This document shows, in pieces, positions 59,917-64,000 of a stretch of 64,000 nt of DNA. The notes below the pieces were generated by a model. The model did not search any database, was not told where the DNA came from, and saw only the letters and a program-made list of their open reading frames with translations. Numbering within the stretch: position 1 is the stretch's first letter; each line of letters starts with the position of its first letter. Source of the stretch: Holophagales bacterium UBA5066 (GTDB taxonomy: Bacteria; Acidobacteriota; Thermoanaerobaculia; UBA5066); NCBI GenBank assembly GCA_002414905.1, contig DIAY01000284.1:354-64353 (forward strand), given 5' to 3'. The position numbers were made by a program, and so were the translations under genes.

Positions 59917-61449
59917 ATGAGCGAACCCATCCTCCTGACCGGTGATTCCCTGACCCTCGCTGACCTCACCGACGTGGCGTACCGGGGTCGTTCCGCCGTC
60001 CTCTCCGAGGAGGCCGGCCGGCGTATCGACGCCTCGCGCGCGGTCATCGACCGTGCGGTGACCGAGGACCGCATCGTCTACGGCGTGACGACCGGCTTCG
60101 GGAAGTTTTCCGACGTCGTCATCCCCCGCGACAAGCTGAGGCAGCTGCAGCGCAACCTCGTCGAGAGCCACGCCGCGGGCGTCGGAGAGGTGCTCCCGTA
60201 CGAGACCGTGCGCGCCCTGATGCTCCTGAGGTCCAACTGTCTCGCCTGCGGCTTCTCGGGAGTGCGCCGGAGCACCGTCGAGCTGCTCCTCGCGATGCTC
60301 GCCGCGGGGATCCACCCTCGCGTCCCGTCCCAGGGATCGGTCGGCGCCTCGGGCGACCTGGCACCGCTGGCGCACCTGGCACGCGCCGTGATGGGAGAGG
60401 GCGAGGTCGAGCTCCGCGGACGGGTCGTTCCCGCGAAGGAGGCGCTCGCCCAGGCCGGCCTTGTGCCTGCGGTCTTCGAGGCCAAGGAGGGGCTCGCCCT
60501 GATCAACGGAACCCAGCTGACGACGTCGGTCGGAGGGCTCGCGCTCGCCCGGCTCCTGTCGCTCCTGAAAGCGGCCGACCTCGTCACGGCGCTCACCATC
60601 GACGCGCTCAAGGGCACCGACGCGGCGTTTGACGCCCGGATCCACGCGGCCCGGCCTCACCCGGGCCAGTCCGCCTCCGCTGCAAACCTGCGCGCCCTTC
60701 TCGCCGGATCACCGCTGCGCGAGAGCCACCGCGACTGTGCCATCGTCCAGGATGCCTACGCCCTGCGCTGCGCGCCCCAGGTCCACGGAACTGTTCGCGA
60801 CGCCGCGGCGCACGCGCTGCGCGTCGTGACGACCGAGATGAACTCGGCGACCGACAACCCGATGGTCTTCGTCACCGGTCCCGACGGCGAGGGGGAGCTC
60901 ATCTCGGGCGGCAATTTCCACGCGGCGCCCGTGGCCCTCGTCTTCGACATGCTGACGGCCGCGGCGACCGACCTCGCTTCGATCTCCGAGCGGAGGACCG
61001 AGCGGCTCGTGAACCCGACCCTGTCCGGCGACCTTCCCGCCTTCCTCGTGAAGGAAGGGGGGCTCCACTCCGGCTTCATGATGATCCACGTGACGGCGGC
61101 GGCGCTCGTGTCGGAATGCAAGTCGAACTCGTTCCCGGCCTCGGTCGACTCGATCCCGACGTCGGCCGGCAAGGAGGATCACGTCTCGATGGGACCGATC
61201 GCCGCGCGAAAGCTGGCCCGAAACGTGGCGAACCTCGAGGTGGTGCTGGCCATCGAGCTGCTCGCCGCCGCCCAGGCGATCGATCTGAGGCGCCCGCTGC
61301 GTTCGAGCCCGGCCCTGGAGGACCTTCACGGCCGCCTGCGGTCGCGGGTCGATCCGTGGGACGCCGACCGCTATGCGGCCGCGGACATCGAGAGGGCACG
61401 GGACGTTCTCGTTTCGGGGATCGACGACCTGCTCGCTGTGCTGGCGTAG
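59917..61449 (+). CDS. hutH: Histidine ammonia-lyase
   Basis: ATG 59917 is in frame with track ORF 59473..61449. YGVTTGFGKFS...SQGSVGASGDLAPLAHLA (MIO-forming ASG)...NGTQ...QDAYALRCAPQVHG. 510 aa. Confidence 0.9.
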   Translation: MSEPILLTGDSLTLADLTDVAYRGRSAVLSEEAGRRIDASRAVIDRAVTEDRIVYGVTTGFGKFSDVVIPRDKLRQLQRNLVESHAAGVGEVLPYETVRALMLLRSNCLACGFSGVRRSTVELLLAMLAAGIHPRVPSQGSVGASGDLAPLAHLARAVMGEGEVELRGRVVPAKEALAQAGLVPAVFEAKEGLALINGTQLTTSVGGLALARLLSLLKAADLVTALTIDALKGTDAAFDARIHAARPHPGQSASAANLRALLAGSPLRESHRDCAIVQDAYALRCAPQVHGTVRDAAAHALRVVTTEMNSATDNPMVFVTGPDGEGELISGGNFHAAPVALVFDMLTAAATDLASISERRTERLVNPTLSGDLPAFLVKEGGLHSGFMMIHVTAAALVSECKSNSFPASVDSIPTSAGKEDHVSMGPIAARKLARNVANLEVVLAIELLAAAQAIDLRRPLRSSPALEDLHGRLRSRVDPWDADRYAAADIERARDVLVSGIDDLLAVLA

Positions 61450-61452
61450 AGG

Positions 61453-63303
61453 TCAGGACGGAGCGTCGATCGCGGCCGGCGAGAGCTGGTCGGCGAGACG
61501 GAAGGGGAGCGATTCCACGGAGCCCGGCTCCTCGAGGAAGTTCCTGCGCGGGAGCGTCCGGAGGGAGTGGGGGAGCGGCGGGAGGCCGAACCGCGGCGAG
61601 ACGCGATTGAGGAGGAGGCCCGCCCTGCCGGGGCCGGCCGGGAGAAGCTCGGCCAGCTCGGCGGCGGTCCGGAGGGCCGAGCGGTCGGCCGAGGAGACGA
61701 TGAGGTATCGGGCATCCGCCAGGAGTCCCTGGATCAGGACGTTCCTGTCGCGGAAGCCCTCGTAGAGCCCGTCGAAAGCCCGGAAGAAATCGGCGAGGTC
61801 GGCGAGGAAGCTGAACCCCAGGTGCCGATCCGCGAGGTGCAGGACGAACGCCGCGCCGCGGGACGCTCCCGACAGAGCCCGGGACAGGAGGGAATCGCTT
61901 TTCAGGAACCAGCGGAGGGCGTCGTTCTCGAGGAGCTCGACCATTCTCTGCGGCGCTTTCAGGAAGTCGACACCGCGTGCCGCCGGGGCCGTGTCGAGCA
62001 CGATACGGTCTATGCCGGGATCGTTCGCGTGCTCGGCGAGAGCCTCGACGCCCATGTACTCGACGACGCCGGGGAGCGCGTCGACGAGCCCCCCGTAGAG
62101 GCGGTTGTCGTGGATCCGCTTCAGCGTGGCCGGGGGCGCGACGCGGGTGAGGAGCCTCTCGAAGGTCGCGCGGGGATCGATCTGCATCACGCTCAGCGTC
62201 GCCCCGTCAGGGATCGCCACGGCGACGGGACGGTCGAGGGCCCCGGTGAGGCCGAGGGCCTGCGCGAGACGGCGCGCGGGGTCGACGGTCAGGACGAGCG
62301 TCCGCTTTCCGGATCGGGCCGAGGCGATTCCGACCGCGGCGGCGAGCGTGGTCTTGCCGACTCCGCCCGGGCCGGCGAGGACGACGAGCCGCTCGTCGCG
62401 CAGCACCTCGTCGAGATCGAGGTTTCCCGGACCCGGAGGGGCGACAGTCGCTCCCCGGCGCCGGGGAGGCGGGACACCCTCCATTGCGGGCCGGAAGGCG
62501 CCGAAGAAAGCCACGTCGGACGCGAACGGGGTGTCGGCCGGGACGTTCGGGACATCCAGCTCCGGGACGCGGACGACGGGGAGCTCGCTGCGCGGGAGCG
62601 TCTCGGCCCGTCCGCTCCGGCCGACGCGGTTGACGACGAGCAGGGCGGTTTCGAGACCTGCCTTCTCTCGCGCGGCGCGGATCAGCTCCTCCGCCTCGCG
62701 GGCGGCGAACTCGGCGGGCTCGGCGACGGCCACGAGGAACGTTCGGTGCCGTTCCGAGAGAAGTGCGTCGAGATCGACGGCGAGGTGCCGCATCGGTCCC
62801 GCCGGTACGGTAGCGAGGATCGTCCGGGGCATCGAGAAGAGGGAGATGGCATGGCCGGTGGCGGGGGCGTCGATGACGACGAGGTCGTAACGCGGCTTCT
62901 TCTCGCGGAAGAGCTCCCGGACCTTTCCGAGGAGGAGCAGGTCCGCGAGACCCGGCGTGGCGCGGGTGAAGTAGCGGAAGGTCGCCGAGGAGAGAATGCG
63001 GGTCGAGACGAAGCCGACCGGCGCGATGGTCCGGACGAAGTCCCCGAGGAGGGAGTCGAACTCGGCGGTCATGCCGTGAAGGCCGGGTGCGAGAAGCGAC
63101 TCCGCGTATCCGTGGTCGGTCCGGCCGAAGAGGGCCGCGGCGTCGCCCCGGCCGTCGGTCGACACCAGCAGGACGCGACGTCCCGCCGCGCCGGCTCGGG
63201 CCGCGAGGGCAGCCGCGACGGCCGTCTTCCCGACTCCTCCTTTCCCCGAGACGAGGAGGAGCCGCGCGCCGGCGAGGCCGGAAAAAGGATCGGCCTGGGC
63301 CAT
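61453..63303 (-). CDS. Two-domain ArsA/GET3-family ATPase
   Basis: Two deviant Walker A sites, LLLVSGKGGVGKTAVAAALA and VVLAGPGGVGKTTLAAAVG. Also VDPARRLAQALG. 616 aa. Confidence 0.75.
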   Translation of the reverse strand: MAQADPFSGLAGARLLLVSGKGGVGKTAVAAALAARAGAAGRRVLLVSTDGRGDAAALFGRTDHGYAESLLAPGLHGMTAEFDSLLGDFVRTIAPVGFVSTRILSSATFRYFTRATPGLADLLLLGKVRELFREKKPRYDLVVIDAPATGHAISLFSMPRTILATVPAGPMRHLAVDLDALLSERHRTFLVAVAEPAEFAAREAEELIRAAREKAGLETALLVVNRVGRSGRAETLPRSELPVVRVPELDVPNVPADTPFASDVAFFGAFRPAMEGVPPPRRRGATVAPPGPGNLDLDEVLRDERLVVLAGPGGVGKTTLAAAVGIASARSGKRTLVLTVDPARRLAQALGLTGALDRPVAVAIPDGATLSVMQIDPRATFERLLTRVAPPATLKRIHDNRLYGGLVDALPGVVEYMGVEALAEHANDPGIDRIVLDTAPAARGVDFLKAPQRMVELLENDALRWFLKSDSLLSRALSGASRGAAFVLHLADRHLGFSFLADLADFFRAFDGLYEGFRDRNVLIQGLLADARYLIVSSADRSALRTAAELAELLPAGPGRAGLLLNRVSPRFGLPPLPHSLRTLPRRNFLEEPGSVESLPFRLADQLSPAAIDAPS

Positions 63304-63424
63304 GCTTCATTCTCCGCTCGATTCCGATTCTGCGTTGCGGCGATAATGAGAGCTCGCGCGGTCGCCCGGGCCCCGGCACCTCCTGCGGGGCGGAAGGGGC
63401 GCGTGCGGAGGGAGGGACATACCC

Positions 63425-63709
63425 ATGGCCGAGACGATCATCCGGCAGCTCATGAATCGTGGAGAGGAGCTCGCGACGGAGGTGACGAACACCCTGCTTG
63501 CCAACGAGGCCTTCGTCGAGGTTCTCAAAAAGGGGATCGCCGCCAAGGAGATCGTCGACAAGCAGGTTGCCGACGCGCTCAAGAGGATGAACGTCGCCAC
63601 GCGAAAGGACCTCGCCCGGATGGAGGCGCGAATCGCGACCCTCGAGGCCGAGCTCGAGGCCGGCAGGGCTCCGGCGCCCCGTAAGCCGCGACGCAGGAAA
63701 GCCGGATGA
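63425..63709 (+). CDS. Small coiled-coil protein, phasin/PHA-granule-regulator-like
   Basis: 94 aa. ...FVEVLKKGIAAKEIVDKQVADALKRMNVATRKDLARMEARIATLEAELEA, then a basic tail. The family call is weak. Confidence 0.4.
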   Translation: MAETIIRQLMNRGEELATEVTNTLLANEAFVEVLKKGIAAKEIVDKQVADALKRMNVATRKDLARMEARIATLEAELEAGRAPAPRKPRRRKAG

Positions 63710-63722
63710 ACGGGGGCCGCGT

Positions 63723-64000
63723 GTGACCGAGCCCGACAAGAAAGTCTCGCCCCGGACCAGACGCAGGGAAGAGGGACGGGTGGTCGGCTTCAAGCCCGCG
63801 GCCGGAGCCCGGCCCAGGGTGGCCGTGACGGGTGGGAGCGGCTACCTCGGCGCCCGATTCGTGCGTGCCCTGGCCGCGCGCGGAACGTGGGATATCGTCG
63901 TCCTCGACCTGGCACCCGCGGCGAACACCCCCGTCGACGTCCGGCATCGATTTCTCGATCTGAACCTGCCCCACTCGGACGGGACCGTCTACAAGATCCT
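63723..64000 (+). CDS. NAD-dependent epimerase/dehydratase family protein, 5' part (runs off the window end)
   Basis: My own translation gives ...RVAVTGGSGYLGARFVRALAARGTWDIVVLDL (GxxGxxG Rossmann). The start could be GTG 63723 or GTG 63819. No stop before the window end. Confidence 0.6.
   Translation, partial: MTEPDKKVSPRTRRREEGRVVGFKPAAGARPRVAVTGGSGYLGARFVRALAARGTWDIVVLDLAPAANTPVDVRHRFLDLNLPHSDGTVYKI

Noticed and set aside
1-64000. CRISPR arrays, transposases or IS elements, prophage, toxin-antitoxin or known defence-system genes
   Set aside because: No regularly spaced repeats and no recognisable transposase, integrase, nuclease/helicase defence architectures were seen on either strand. 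The only repeats are the coding Lys/Ala repeats in bcp.

Overview
High-GC (~70% by eye) chromosomal window from a diderm bacterium, judged from lipobox lipoproteins, a beta-barrel porin and a LolA-like protein. The lineage cannot be determined from the sequence alone. I support about 55 protein genes, 2 tRNAs, 3 hairpin terminators and 1 promoter-like island. I found no CRISPR array, transposase, integrase or rRNA.

The GC content fills the six-frame track with long spurious antisense or out-of-frame ORFs rich in R/P/G/A. I picked real genes by family motifs, GGAGG-type Shine-Dalgarno sites and 4-bp start/stop overlaps, and I re-set several starts.

Gene order:
- thiD-like fragment.
- bcp peroxiredoxin with a histone-H1-like Lys/Ala tail, a HesB-like protein and a YfgM-like protein.
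- Nucleoside catabolism operon: deoB, nupC, PNP, cdd, amidohydrolase, deoA.
- Cyclic-nucleotide signalling cluster: cNMP-binding protein, REC, YgiQ radical SAM, DHp-REC-cyclase-PilZ-like protein, cNMP-GGDEF.
- ABC-F, cinA, gpsA, GATase1-like protein.
- His-rich repeat protein, followed by znuACB translationally coupled to a LolD/LolE/LolA-like trio.
- SirB1-like protein, patatin, a Met-gamma-lyase-type PLP enzyme, an alpha/beta hydrolase, an M41 pseudo-protease, dcp.
- tRNA-Glu and tRNA-Lys.
- Two paralogous secreted proteins of unknown family.
- rpiR.
- A ~20 kb, 14-gene minus-strand operon at 37391-57590, with mocA just upstream.
- purA, hutH, a two-domain ArsA-like ATPase, a phasin-like protein and a partial epimerase.

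The 14-gene operon is the main item. It combines YqeB, YqeC, XdhC, an XdhD-type FeS/Moco hydroxylase, YgeX, carbamate kinase, SsnA, an unassigned PLP enzyme, YgeW, a HyuA-like hydrolase, a porin, an NCS2 permease, YgfK and an M20 hydrolase. This is the signature of a selenium-dependent molybdenum hydroxylase and of anaerobic purine-ring degradation.

The second most interesting item is a class III cyclase with a Glu/Gly substrate pair, which suggests a guanylate cyclase. It sits divergently from a cNMP-binding GGDEF enzyme.
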